Of a DNA stretch of 64,000 nt, positions 37,374 to 50,833 are shown one piece after another. The position numbers and the translations under genes were made by a program. The notes beneath the pieces were generated by a model, which had not been told where the DNA came from, ran no database searches, and worked only from the letters and a program-made list of their open reading frames with translations. Within the stretch, counting starts at the first letter, position 1; every line of letters starts with the position of its first letter. This stretch comes from Zygnema circumcarinatum SAG 698-1b. Lineage: Eukaryota > Plantae > Zygnematophyceae. The DNA lies in contig CM074823.1 in the NCBI GenBank assembly GCA_037447605.1, positions 1,302,001 through 1,366,000 on the forward strand, given 5' to 3'.

Positions 37374-38120
37374 TGGGGTATAACATTGGAGATTGATGGC
37401 ACATCGGAATTTCCAGAATCCGAACTGAACTTATTTCAAATTTATCCTCTTATGACTCCTGTGACGTGACAGAAGCGTGAACTCTGAAAATCCACCGAGT
37501 GGACTCGAGTTCGACTTTCTGTACAGTGTACTCGCGTTATAGTGATACTGTTTATAATGACACAATGGATATACTGAAGAAATGAATCGCATTGAACTCA
37601 CGATGGCGAGGCCATCAAATGTACATGAACAAAAGAAACATGTGGAACCACGAGGGACTGGCCGCAAAGGACCTAAGCACGAAAGATAAAAGCTAAGAGC
37701 GGATATACTGACATTTTTTCCGGGAACGGAATTGCACAACTGCAGATCCTGCGCCAGTAGTGACGCCATTACGGATATAATGACATCTGAAAAGCCCTAA
37801 TTGTTACTATGTATTCAAAAATCTCGATATTATCCACCGACGTATCGGAATATACGTTACAAATATATTACGACAGTATACATTATCGACAAATACCGTC
37901 AGATATCGACTTGACGGTCAAGTTGACACATCAACTTGACCGTACACATGCCCACTAGGGTTCGTACACACCTACCCACGTGACGACTGCCCAAAAAGTA
38001 CAATGTACGGGATCAAGGCTGCACGGATATACCGCAAAACATCTGTAATGACATTATCACTATACACGTGAAGTGACAAACTGTGCATTACGTATATAGT
38101 GACACAGATATGTGGGGAGT

Positions 38121-40845
38121 CTAAGGCACGTCCGGTCTGTTCGCCGCATACTGAGCATTCGTAGCATCGCCTTTCATGAACGTTGACGGATGACCCATCG
38201 CAGTTTCAAGCGCCTCGTTCAATGCGCCTGAAATGAAAAATCATTCCTCAGTCAGATTCTGAAAAGGCACGCGAAACTAAAAGGAAACTAAAAAGAAGAA
38301 CAGTATGCATGGAGATTCAAAGTCCTCCCTCCGAGGGCCTTACTCTCCCTGTCATTTTCAGTCGCTGACCCTCTGTTAGATAACTTTAACTCACCCAATC
38401 ACACCCTCCTCTCCCCCCCTTTCGCCCTCTTCCTCCCATCCCTCCCACCCCTTCCTCTCTCTCTAACCCTGCCCCTCTCTCTTCACCTCCCTCTCCTCGC
38501 CCTCTCTCATTCTCATCGCCTCTTGCCTTCTCGCCTCTCGCCTCGTCCTCTCCTGTCAATGGGACTTTAGAAAAAGTACAGAATTTACGTACGTAAAATT
38601 TTTCTTCGGCGATAAAAAATGCAAAAAATGATGATCGAGACGAGGACGAGGCCGCCCCCAGCCATCGCTACGACAATCACTACAATAGAAATTCCACCTC
38701 CACCTTTGTTTGCACCTGCGCCACTGCCACCACCACTACCACCACCACCACCACCACCACCACCACCACCACCACCACCACCACCACCACCACCACCACC
38801 ACCACCACCTGCGCAATAGCAGGAGGCCAAGCATACGAACCATTAGCAGAATTCCGAATTTGGGTGTGTTTCAGAGAAGGAAAAAAGGGGCTTCTGGAAG
38901 GTTCTGGAAATGCGTAGGATTCGTGTTCTTTTATTCGTAAGGAAATGACAGGTGGCTATAAAAGCTGCAGCCAAAGAGCTGAAGATTGAAATCCCAAGGA
39001 AGGACTCGTGGTGGATGAAGGCCTCTCTCTCTCCCCTCTCTCTCTCTCTCCCCCCTCCTCCCTCTCTCCCTCTTTATCTCTCTTTCTCTCTCACACTCTC
39101 TCCTCTGTCTGTCCCTCTCGTCCTCTTTTCTTTGTCTCTCTCTTTCTCGCTCTTTCTGTCTTGTAATAACTCTCTCTCCCTCTCTTCTCGTTCCTTTCTC
39201 TTTTGTTCCATTCCCCCTCTCTCCCCCCGCTAGCGAGAGAAGGGGAGAGATAGAGAGAGGCGGACGGGGAGAGAGCGGAAACAACGAGAGAGAGAGAAGA
39301 GATACAATGGAGAGGAGAGTGAGGTGAGTAAGGGGAAGTAGTCAAGGAAAGAGAGGTAGATGAATAGACAAGGAAAAGGGAAAATCTTCGAAGGCGTCAC
39401 TGGATCAAGGAAGAATTTGACATTCAAATTAAACCCCGCAAATATACCTCACTTTGCTATCAAGGAAACAGAAAAATTTATGGGGCATGTGAAGAGAAAA
39501 ATATCATACCTTCCCTTTGAATGGAGCATGCTTTCGTTTCCATGTCGACTAAGGGCATCAAACGGAATTTCTGGCCATCATTTCCGTAAACGTCGTGGGA
39601 AACTGCATGCGCGGCAATGACGAAAATCTTGAAAGAAGTCGATCAGAGCTTCTGGCAAAGGAAGTAAAAATGTAGTGACTGACCGAGATCAATGAAGATT
39701 GTTCAAAAAAAAAAAAAAAAAAAATAGAAGAAAGGGGTTAAAAATAAATTTTAGTACTAAGAGAAATATATGTACCGGGTAAGATGGATGTAACCGAGCA
39801 AGCCTGGCCGATTCCGACGAAAAAACCAGGTATGGAAATAACCCATCCATTCTTATTTTGTCCCTTCCTGTCATATCTGGGGTTCACGGCCACCGACGCT
39901 AAACCCCTCGACATTTGGTAAGTGATGACGTCACCGAGTCGATCATTTGGCTCGCTTAAAGAAGTTGGCCCACAATCATCGGCGCAATATGACGTGTCAT
40001 GAATCCAGATCGCTGCCCTTCCAGTAATTTCTCCGCACACGCATGGGTTTGAGACCTGAACAGAGCAGAGGAGTCGGAAAGGGGGTGGAAGGGGACAAAT
40101 ACGGAAAGTGAAAGTCAGAAAAGCCTAATGTACTGAAAACCGGGGAGAGTATAGGAGGCGATTCTCAGATGTACGCAAAGAGATCGATCAATTTGGCGTA
40201 TTGTGGTACAAGAAGTATACAAGATAGCAATTACACTCAAGGTATAAATAAAGGGAGTAAAGTAAAGGCTTGCTTCTGGAAACATCGGTATTGAAAATCT
40301 TAGAAATCTTAGAAATCTGAGGGAATGTAGGGAGAGAAGAATGTTCTCACATTGACTTCCTTATTGCTCGTTAGGAACACAGTCACATCGTTATCGCCCT
40401 CCGGCACTGAGTGTAAACGACGCAACGCTTCAATGTAAACTGAGCCAACACTGAGGCTAACATTATAGTTTAGTCCTATGACGCTCGGTATGTCATATGC
40501 GTATGTTTGCCCAAATGTGACATTGGTAGACGCTCTAGTTCCATTCTTGTCTTTGTACGTGCCAATAATGTTCCACCACTTCCGTACAGTGGGGTCTAAG
40601 GATTGGTTTGCCTTGTCTGAGTCAAGAGAAGTCAAGAAAGCCACGACTGTCTCCTGAGCCGTTGATTTGTTTGACCAGTCTCCGATGAACGCCACGTGTA
40701 CGTTCATTCCCTTCGTAAGTATTTCTCCCCCCTCGTAACTTAGATAGCTGTACGGGTCGCTGGAGAGAAGCTGGGCTGAAAGAAGGAGAGGAGAGAGGGA
40801 GAGAGAGAGGAGGAGGAGGGGGACGAATGGGAGGCGGACAGCCAT
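38121..40845 (-). CDS. EXORDIUM/PHI-1-like protein with poly-Gly linker, TM and cytoplasmic tail, ~396 aa
   Basis: Exons 40845-40351, 40055-39776, 39602-39510, 38808-38593, 38227-38121 (1191 nt); intron phases match the 34160 paralogue; (GGT)n encodes the linker; TM ISIVVIVVAMAGGGLVLVSIIIFCIFY followed by RRRKIL. Confidence 0.8.
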
Positions 40846-41409
40846 GACTGGAGAGAGAATCGTGGGGAGGGGAGAGGGAAGGAGAGAGAGGCGAGGGGAG
40901 TTGCCAAGAGAGGAAAAGGGAAAACTGAAGAAAGAGCAAAAAAACACAGATAATGGGATGAGGTTAGGAGAGGAACAATGGGAGAAAAATAGAGACCAAG
41001 AGGGGGAGGGCGGGCGGTAGAGGAGACGAGAGAAAGGGGGTCACAGAAGAAAGGGGAGGATGTGAGGTGGAGGAGGGAGAGAGCAATAAGGGAGAGGGAG
41101 AGAGCAAAGGGAGTGAGGGAGAGGTCAAGAGAGAGAGCAGAGAGAGAGGCAGCACAAAACGGGAGAGGGAGGGAGGCCCCGCGTGGAGCGAAGTGGAGCG
41201 GCGGCGCGCTTTTAAATACGAGCTTCGCCACGAAGCAGATCACTTTGTCTTTGTTTTTTTAATTTAAATTTTCCTTTTGACCCGATTGAAGCTTCCGAAG
41301 GACGCCAGGGTTTCGTACAGTGATCCTTACAATCCGTACAGATGCCTTTGGCCGAAACTATTGCCGTATTGGAAAAGTAGCCCACAGTTGTGAATATTCC
41401 TCCTCATTA

Positions 41410-41688
41410 GGGGGAGTCAAACCTTGACCATCGCCGGCGGAATTCAGAGATTCCGCCGGCGAAAAGATATTGATTTCGATTGCAGAATTCGGGTCGGAAA
41501 CCGCGGCTCCCCCCGAACCTGTTTGTCCCGTCCGTACTTCGAAATAGGTTACAAAAATGAGATACAGGCTCGGCGCCCGAGCCTGTCGAACGTCCACTTT
41601 TGGCGAAAAAGGCCTGCCGTACAACGCGGAATTGGCCCAACGGGCTCGCGGAATTGGTTTTGGCGATGGACAAGGTTTGACTCCCCCC
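41410..41688. mobile_element. Nested MITE (GGGGGAGTCAAACCTTG TIR; related to 10446-10646)
   Basis: gggggagtcaaaccttgaccatcgcc / ggcgatggacaaggtttgactccccc. Confidence 0.7.
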
Positions 41689-41887
41689 ATGTTACCAATA
41701 GGCGGGCAGTATTATGTTAGAGTTTATGTAGGTTCGTACGTATCGTTCCGTTTTATATCGTACCATATCGTGCCGTATCATTCTAATCGTATCATAATCG
41801 TATCGTATCGAATCTAAAAAGTAGGGGAGAGGAGCGAGCGCCTCTTACGGCGGCACGAGCGGGTAGATTCGGTTTAGTTTTGCTTAA

Positions 41888-42211
41888 GGGTGGGTTTCCA
41901 TCAGCCCGTTTTGTAACGAGCTCGTTACGGTCCACGTAGGATGCCGTTTTCAGATGGAACGACGAGTTCCATCAGAACGCCGTTGGCCAGCGTGGCAGTC
42001 GCACGCTGGCGGATCTTTGGTAGCCACGTGGCGGCACGCGAATGGTCGTAATGGCGTTACACCACCTCCGGAGCAGCATCCTGTGGAACGGTGCTCGTTA
42101 CCACGTGGCAGCCACGTCGGCGCCACGTTGGCGGAAACGGCCTCATGGAACCCATGGGTCGTCGTCCATTACGACGCCACGTCGGAATAACGGGCTGATG
42201 GAAACCCACCC
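41888..42211. mobile_element. PIF/Harbinger (Tourist-like) MITE, 324 bp
   Basis: 23-bp perfect TIR GGGTGGGTTTCCATCAGCCCGTT; TAA TSD; empty site ttttgcgtaagcccg visible in the host family copy at ~25981. Confidence 0.9.
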
Positions 42212-42528
42212 TAAGCCCGTAACGACTAGTGCAGCTAGTACGAATAGTACGAATAGTACGTCTAGTACGGCTAGTATGACTAATACAGTACGGCTAGTAT
42301 GGATAGTACGTTTGTACGGCTAACGCAGAGTTACCGTACACAAGTGGTTTCGGCAAAATCAGGGCGAATTTCTCGACGACGCACTGAAATAAGGTGGAAA
42401 ATATGAGCCTTACTGTACAAGCTTCCTCCTGCGGCTTCCTGCTCGCACTCAAAGGCCGCTCATCGCTTTGCGAGCGTTCGCACTGTTGACTTCTGAAATT
42501 ACTCCGTCGATCCTCTCACTTTTCGCCT

Positions 42529-43876
<1,348 letters not shown>

Positions 43877-46046
43877 CTGCCCTCCCACACCCCCTTCCTC
43901 ACACCAACCCCCCTCTCTCGTCCCCTCTCCTTTCCTCTCTCCTCGTCTGCCACCCGTTCTCCCCTCCTTTTCTGCCTATTTCCCTCCCCTTGTGCACCCC
44001 CAGCCACATCCACCCATTCCTTACTTACATTCCTCTCAGCTCACCCTTAATCTCTCTATTTCTTATACACTCCTCTCTCTCCCTCCTCCCTCTCTCCCTC
44101 TCTCTCTCTCCCGCCTCCCCTCTCCCCCTCCATCCTCAGCATGTCTGATTATCCTTATTCATTCTCCATAGAGCTGACGGAGCTGACTGTTGACAATTTG
44201 AGCCTGGTCCCTCCCACTACTCTCACTCTCTGACATGCTTGCAATGTCTGAATCAATACAACCCTCAAGTGCACACACTGAAAAGCAAATGATCCAATCA
44301 AGCAAACACCGAAAGAATAAGTAAGAAAGCTCCTGGCCTCGAAACTCCATAATAAAATTGAAGAGAAACAGACATTTATGTCAAGCCTTAGAGCTTCCTC
44401 TATGCTTCTGACTAACTCCCCTGCTTTGCTGCTCCATGCAGCCAAGCAACTACACTCGGCAACACGAGCAACTGCGGCTCCAATTGAGTTGAATTAGCAG
44501 TAATTAACTCCTAATCAACTCCTCTTCGATGCGCGCTGCCACTACTCCACGTTCTCCCTGCACGCCAGCGCGCACACCATAACTGCACGCACAGCAGCCT
44601 CATGTTATCACATTAATGCCCACCATCTCAGAGCTCGCTGGCACCGCTGGAACTCACCCTCATGGTCGCCATCACCAGAGGACAAGAAGGCCCCGTCATG
44701 CCTTCTCCCACAGGCGCACCGACCTCTCGAAGCTTGGCATCTCACGCGCACGCTCTCCAGCGCCTGTGTTAGTCATCCGTACATCCCATGCGTCTGTACG
44801 TGACGGGCTGCGTTTGACAGATTTGCGTCAGTTCAGTTGTACTTGGCGTGTGCTCTTCCATGTCACGGATCTCAGCGGGAATCACAGCTGCAGGGCGATG
44901 AAGAAGGCGCATGCGTCGCAGCCGGGGACGGCACACCACGGCGCGGCGCACTCGGAGACCCCGCCTGAGCCGCCGTATCGTCGTTGCGCCTGTCCAGAAA
45001 GCTCACGTAGTCAGTCAGGCCTCTCCCGAGATCCGGCGGTCGCAACGAAGGTACCGCTGCTAAGACTAAATCTATTGTCGATGTTCAACTGAGTCGGATG
45101 CCAATGATGCTTCTTTGTCTTTTAGTGCTGGGCTTAGTATTTGTATTTGGTATGTATAGTTTGTTGTCTTGTTCTTCTTTCTCTTTTTCCTCCTCTTCAG
45201 TTACAACAGGCAGATCTAGTGAGAGAGAGAGAGAAAATTCCATGCCATAGATGAAAGAAAGAGGGAGGGCTGTCTTGCTGATAGCATTTTAGACATTGCC
45301 ATTCCAAGCCCCCAACCAAGCAAAAGTTTCAATGAGAAGACAATTTCATTGTAATGACATTGCCGGCCAGGGCCGCTGGCTCAATGGACTGCAGAACACC
45401 ACCTTTATCTAAGTTGTGTCCTGTTTTCCCTCTATGTCACTATGCCAAGCCCCTATCTGCTCTATCCTGCCTAAGTCCTCGATGACCAATGATCACTAGA
45501 AGCCTAGCTAGACTTTAGAGAGGATAGGGGAGGACGTGCGAGGGAAGGGCTCTTTGCGTGTCGAGTCCGGCCGCCGGCGGGAACATCTTCAGGATCCCTA
45601 CGTCTTCCGCTGCGCGTACCTCTGAATCCCCCGGATCCTGGCTCCATGCTGCAGGCAGACCCACAGCACCACCCCAACCCCACGTCAGTTTCAGCACGGA
45701 CGCTCGGGTTGCCGTACAGCATCTGCGACTAGCTCAGCAATCTCCTTTTAACCCCACTTATCTTGTGCTACAGTCTCGTAAGCTCCGGAAATTTCGTACG
45801 GTCGTCCACTAAAGCAATAAGCAATACAAAGCTGACACGCAGCCTATCGCTGCGCGCCACGTGTCCAAACTAATCAATCTAAGTGAGCTCCTGTGATAGC
45901 ACGGCTGTCGCCGCCCTCCCACGCTGTGCTCTCGGACTTCTAGTGTTCCCACCAAGAACAGCGCCCTAGCGCCTTGTTCAGACTGTGACCAAATCTCCTA
46001 AGGACCGCCGACAAAAGGCTAAGGACCGTACAGCGTACAATTCTAG

Positions 46047-46702
46047 GCTATACCCCTATTGTACCCAACACTGACGAATACTCAGGCTGTAATAATCATC
46101 GCCATTTTCCCTTTGGTTTTCTTCGTAGTCTCCGTGGCGCTTACCGTTATCTGCATGTGCTACAAACGAAGAAAATTAAGAAAATTACGTAAGTAACCTG
46201 AACTTTTGTTACGACCCAATGATAGGAGAGGGAGAAGGGAAGGGCGAGAAAGGAGAAGGAAGGGAGAGGGAGGAGAGATGAAGAGGGAGTCTGAGTGCAA
46301 GAGTGATGGAATCATGAAGAGTGGGAGAGATTGGTGGAAGAGTGGGAGGGATGAGAGGAAGGTTGGAGGGATGGGAGGAGGAGTGGGAGGGATGGGAGGA
46401 AGAGTGGGAGGGGTGGGTGGAAGAGTGGAAGGGATGGGAGGAAGAGTGGGAGGGGTGTGTGGAAGAGTGGAAGGGATGGGAGGAAGAGTGGGAGGGATGG
46501 GAGGGGGAGAAGGAGAGAAAGGAAAATGGAGAAATGGCTTTTGAATCTGCATGTGATCAAACGTATTGTTTATTTCCTCTCAGTATCGCCTTTCCAATTT
46601 TTATTCCATTTTAAGGATCGATTTTGATTTGCAGGCGCACAAGACGAGGCGATCGAAGCTGCGATGGCTCCACCACCAGCGGAGATGAACGGAAATCCGT
46701 AG
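46047..46702 (+). pseudogene. Orphan TM exon and tail exon of a third EXO/PHI-1-TM paralogue; 5' exons not found
   Basis: Exon ending at 46188 (AVIIIAIFPLVFFVVSVALTVICMCYKRRKLRKL, donor c|gtaagt) and exon 46635-46702 (RAQDEAIEAAMAPPPAEMNGNP*), homologous to RALNEALETAMG of the 38121-40845 gene with the same phase-1 intron. Confidence 0.6.
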
Positions 46703-46819
46703 AACTTTGCGCATGGAGCGGGCCATCCTCAGCCGAGTGCGATGGCTCCACCACCAGCGGCGATGAACGGAAATCCGTAGAACTTTGCGCATGGAGCGGG
46801 CCATCCTCAGCCGAGTGTC
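46660..46819 (+). repeat. 78-bp tandem duplication (x2) spanning the stop codon of the orphan tail exon
   Basis: tgcgatggctccaccaccagcgg at 46660 and 46738. Confidence 0.9.
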
Positions 46820-47339
46820 TGATCACAAGTTTGATTTGCCAACAACTTCAATCAACAATCTATGGCTGCATAGAAATGGGAGCATGCTTTAGGGTTAGAG
46901 GTGAAGTACTGTGTGAAATTTCCATTTTGCTGTAGGCTAAGACAATCTGATTTATACTATTTTAAAACTGTTTATCTATTGCACTACTTGATTATTATAA
47001 TAATGATCATTATTTTTTATGACTTATGATTATTAATCGTTAAGTTGTGTATTCATAGTTGATGAATGAAGAGCCCCTCTTTCTTCTCGTCTCTCCCTCA
47101 CTCAAGCTGTCCGTTGCCTTTCCTCTCACCGCCTCTCCCTCTCTCCTCTCCACCTCGTTCGCCTCTCCTACCCCCTATCACTTCACCTTCCCAATCCCCC
47201 CTCCCTTGTGGCCTCTTTAATTACTCTACTCCACCCAACTTCCTCCCCTCTCTGCCTCTCCATCTCCTTCCTATGTGCCCTCCTAGCCATACCCCCCTCC
47301 TTTCCCTCAGTTCGCCTTCATGCTCGCATTCCCCCTCCC

Positions 47340-47990
47340 CTTTCTCCCTCCCTCCCTTCCCTCCGCTCTCCCCTTCCCTCCCTCCCTCCCTCCCTCCCTC
47401 CCTCCCTTTTGCTATCTCCCAACGCCACTGTCTCTCTCTCTCGCCTTTCTCCCTCCCCTCCCCTCCCTTCCTCCCTCCCTCCCTCCCTTTTGCTATCTCT
47501 CAACGCCACTGTCTCTCTCTCTCCCCTCTCTCCTTTCCTCCCTTCCCTTCCCTTCCCTCCGCTCTCCCCTCCCCTCTCCTCCCCTCCCCTCCCTCCCTCC
47601 CTCCCTCCCTTTTGCTATCTCCCAACGCCACTGTCTCTCTCTCTCGCCTTTCTCCCTCCCCTCCCCTCCCTTCCTCCCTCCCTCCCTCCCTTTTGCTATC
47701 TCTCAACGCCACTGTCTCTCTCTCTCCCCTCTCTCCTTTCCTCCCTTCCCTTCCCTTCCCTCCGCTCTCCCCTCCCCTCTCCTCCCCTCCCCTCCCTCCC
47801 TCCCTCCCTCCCTTTTGCTATCTCCCAACGCCACTGTCTCTCTCTCTCGCCTTTCTCCCTCTCTCCTTCCTCCCTCCCTCCCTCCCTTTTGCTATCTCTC
47901 AACGCCACTGTCCCTCTCTCTCCCCTCTCTCCTTTCCTCCCTTCCCTTCCCTTCCCTCCGCTCTCCCCTCTCCTCTCCCTCACTCTCCCT
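47340..47990 (+). repeat. CT-rich minisatellite with a ~203-bp dimeric higher-order repeat
   Basis: ttttgctatct(c/t)..aacgccactgtc cores at 47411, 47492, 47614, 47695, 47817 and 47891 (spacing 81/122/81/122/74). Confidence 0.85.
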
Positions 47991-48766
47991 CTCTCTCCCT
48001 CCGGCTCTCCCTTCCTCTCATTGCGGGTTTCCATGAAGCGGTCTGGCGCGCAGTTTCATGACGGCACGTCTTGAAGACGTGGCGCCTCTCTGGCTTTCTT
48101 TTAATCGCGAGACGCCACGTGGCTAAATGAAGCCCACTAGATTCCACGTGGCGAGCGCTGATTGGATTTGCCATTGGTTTGAATCTCGTGTAGAATTGTA
48201 GAATTGCTACGGTATTTGACCAGTCTGTATTGTATCGTATCGCAAAATATCGTAGCATAAAATGTCGTATCAAAATGTATCGTATCGTATTAAGTGAGAT
48301 CATAGCGTATCGCATGGTTCAATAGCGTATCGCAAATAATCGTTTCGTAAAGTAGCGAGCGTATCGTATTGAAATTTGAAAAGTGTTTCTTTAGAAGATT
48401 CAAATATTGAGCCCGTGACCTCTGATGCGCGAAGTTTCGGGCTCAAGGCTTCAGCTGAGGCCAATGAGCCCCACATTGGCGACCTTCGCGGCTGCTTCTA
48501 GTGCCGTCTTGTTGCGCCTAGAAGTTGATTTCCGTTTCCAAGCTTTCTCTCTGTCCCTATGTCCGTTGTGACCGCTTCTTTTGGTTCCTTATGTCGACTT
48601 TCTCCTTGATACATTTGATGGCCTTGCCATCGTGAGTTCAATCAAACATCTTCCCTCAACAAGGAAATTTTGTATCCATTTCTATACACAAATATAGCTG
48701 TCCTCGGAATGTCGGGCTGCATGTCAGCATGTGATACTCTCAATAAAGGAATTCCGTTTAATTTTA

Positions 48767-50090
48767 GAAAATGATACAGCCGCCCCATTTGTTGGATATC
48801 TGCGCCCCCTTTCGGGAAAATTTGTACTTTCATGTTGGCTAATCACGGCCCCCCCCCCCTTGGATCTTTCGGTAGGAGAGATCTTGTCGGCAATCGGACC
48901 CCCGCCTCGCGCGCAGAATCCGACTGTGCACCGACGTACGGCACCGCGCATCGCGGCGTGGCCCGCGAGATGCGGCGAGCATGGGAGACCGGAAGCAGGA
49001 ATGTCCAATGGATGACTGCCACGTGGCAACCTCTGACCCAAACCATTGGACATCNNNNNNNNNNGATACCCCGTCACCGCATTTTGAATACTGTATCCCG
49101 CCTCCCTGAATTTTTTTTTTGAGGGAAAGAAAATATCTGCCTGCCCGAATCCGCTCGGAGCGGAAGATCCGTCCGCCACGAGATCGTTCGCGGGTGTCCG
49201 TCCTTTACACGTGTGTGTCAATCGCAGCTGTCGATTCCCTCGCAGATCACACCACTGCAGATCACCGTTCGATCCGCAGCCGGGCTCGATCTCAGCGAAT
49301 GGAAAGCGCCCACGAGTCCCGTCAAAGCCAAATCGCACGTGCGAGTGCGCGCGAGCCTCGGCCCGAGATCTCGTCATTGTTAGCTTCCAGCCAATCAACA
49401 TCTGGCACGTGTTACATTTTTGACGTGGAAAATTTTGATTGGTCTAAGATCTCAATGTACGAAATTTTGGGTTCCTCAAGTTGCGACCGTACGACATTTG
49501 TACGGACATGCTTTTGAGACGACTTTGGCGGGATACGTGGGCACGTGCCATGCGCTGTGACCGAGCCCGGCTGCAGATCGAATAGTGATCTGCCGTGTGG
49601 CGATCTGCGAGGGAATCGACGGCTGCGATTGACCGCACGCGTGAAAAAAAATTCAGGTAGGTGGGATATTCAAATGGGGTGACGGGTTATCATTTTCCTT
49701 GTTTCGCAGAAATAAAATCTGCCGATGGAGGGTGGTATCGATTCCAAATAGGTGTGAAAAAAGCATTTTCCGTTTTTAATCCTTTTTGAAATCTGCCCGG
49801 CCGGGAAGGGGTGTTTGGATCCAAAAAAGGGGTGGAAATATCACTACCCTTTTTTTTTCATGCCGTTTCCGTAGGCTCGCCGCATCTCGCGGGCCGCGCC
49901 GCGATGCGCGGCGCCGTACGTCGGTGCACAGTCGGATCCTGCGCGCGAGGCGCGGGGTCCGATTGGCTACAAGATCTCTCCTCCCGAAAGATCTAAGGGG
50001 GGGGGGGGGCGTGATTAGCCAAAATGAAAGTACAATTTTTCCCGAAAGGGGGCGCGGATATTTAGAAAGTGGGGCGGCTGTATCATTTTC
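48767..50090. mobile_element. Outer long-TIR element (GAAAATGATAC family) hosting a nested foldback element
   Basis: ~215-bp imperfect inverted arms 48767-48980 vs 49875-50090; no TSD recognised. Confidence 0.7.
49065..49849 (-). mobile_element. GGGTAGTG-family foldback element, inverted relative to the 24566 copy and truncated at a gap
   Basis: Reverse complement of ~24566-25350; ends ggggtggaaatatcactaccc. Confidence 0.8.
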
Positions 50091-50329
50091 CGGGTTTCTA
50101 AGGTTTTTAGGGTTTTAGGGTTTTTAAGGGTACGGATAGTACGAATAGTACGGCTAACACAAAGTTACCGTACAAAAAGGTGGTTTCGGCAAAATCGTTG
50201 CGAATTTATTGGTGACGCACTGTTGAAGGTGGAAAATATGACGATGACCCCCTGTATGACACCGTACGGAGGAACTCGTTACCGTTGAGTTTTTCTCGCG
50301 TGGCGGCCTCTCTCGTGCCGCCACGTGGC

Positions 50330-50820
50330 CTCGAACCCCTGCTAACCCTAATCCTTCTGAATTCTGAGCCCGAAACGGCCGCGTCTCCCTCTCCCTGACC
50401 CTAGACCCTCAACCATAAACCCTACACCCTGAACTTTAAGCCCTAAACCCTAATCCCTAAAACCTTAACTCGAACCTGGACTCTGAACTCCGGCATTCCC
50501 GCCTACCCTTAAAACCTTGAACCCTGATCCTCGACCCTTGAACCCTAGTCTTTGAACCACGCGTCCTAAAGCGCTTAACCCTAATCCTCGGATCCACGTC
50601 CTAAAATCTAAGCCTAAATCCTGAACCTCAAGCAGTGAACTACGAACTCTTAAGCCCTAAACCCTAAACCTTCGTAGTTGACCCTGATCCCTGATCCTAA
50701 ACCCACTATCCTTGAACCCGAAACCTTAAACCCTAAACCTTCGTTGTGAACTCTGAACCCTGAAACCTGAACCCTCAACCCTAAACCCATTATCCTTGAA
50801 CCCTGAACCCTAAAACTTGA
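50330..50820. repeat. Degenerate AAACCCT(A/G) telo-box-like repeats
   Basis: Many ccctaaaccc / accctgaacc motifs upstream of the ATG at 50834. Confidence 0.55.
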
Positions 50821-50833
50821 GCCTGACATTGAA

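Larger units (their letters stand above)
41318..42415 (+). mobile_element. Tc1/mariner-like MITE carrying two nested MITEs
   Basis: TA-CAGT (41316-41321) ... ACTG-TA (42412-42417); the body matches the 25622 family. Confidence 0.65.

Noticed and set aside
36550-37469. Six ORFs of His/Cys/Met-rich repeats (metallothionein-like look)
   Set aside because: All frames are open only because the satellite units contain no stop triplets; there is no splice, promoter or codon evidence.
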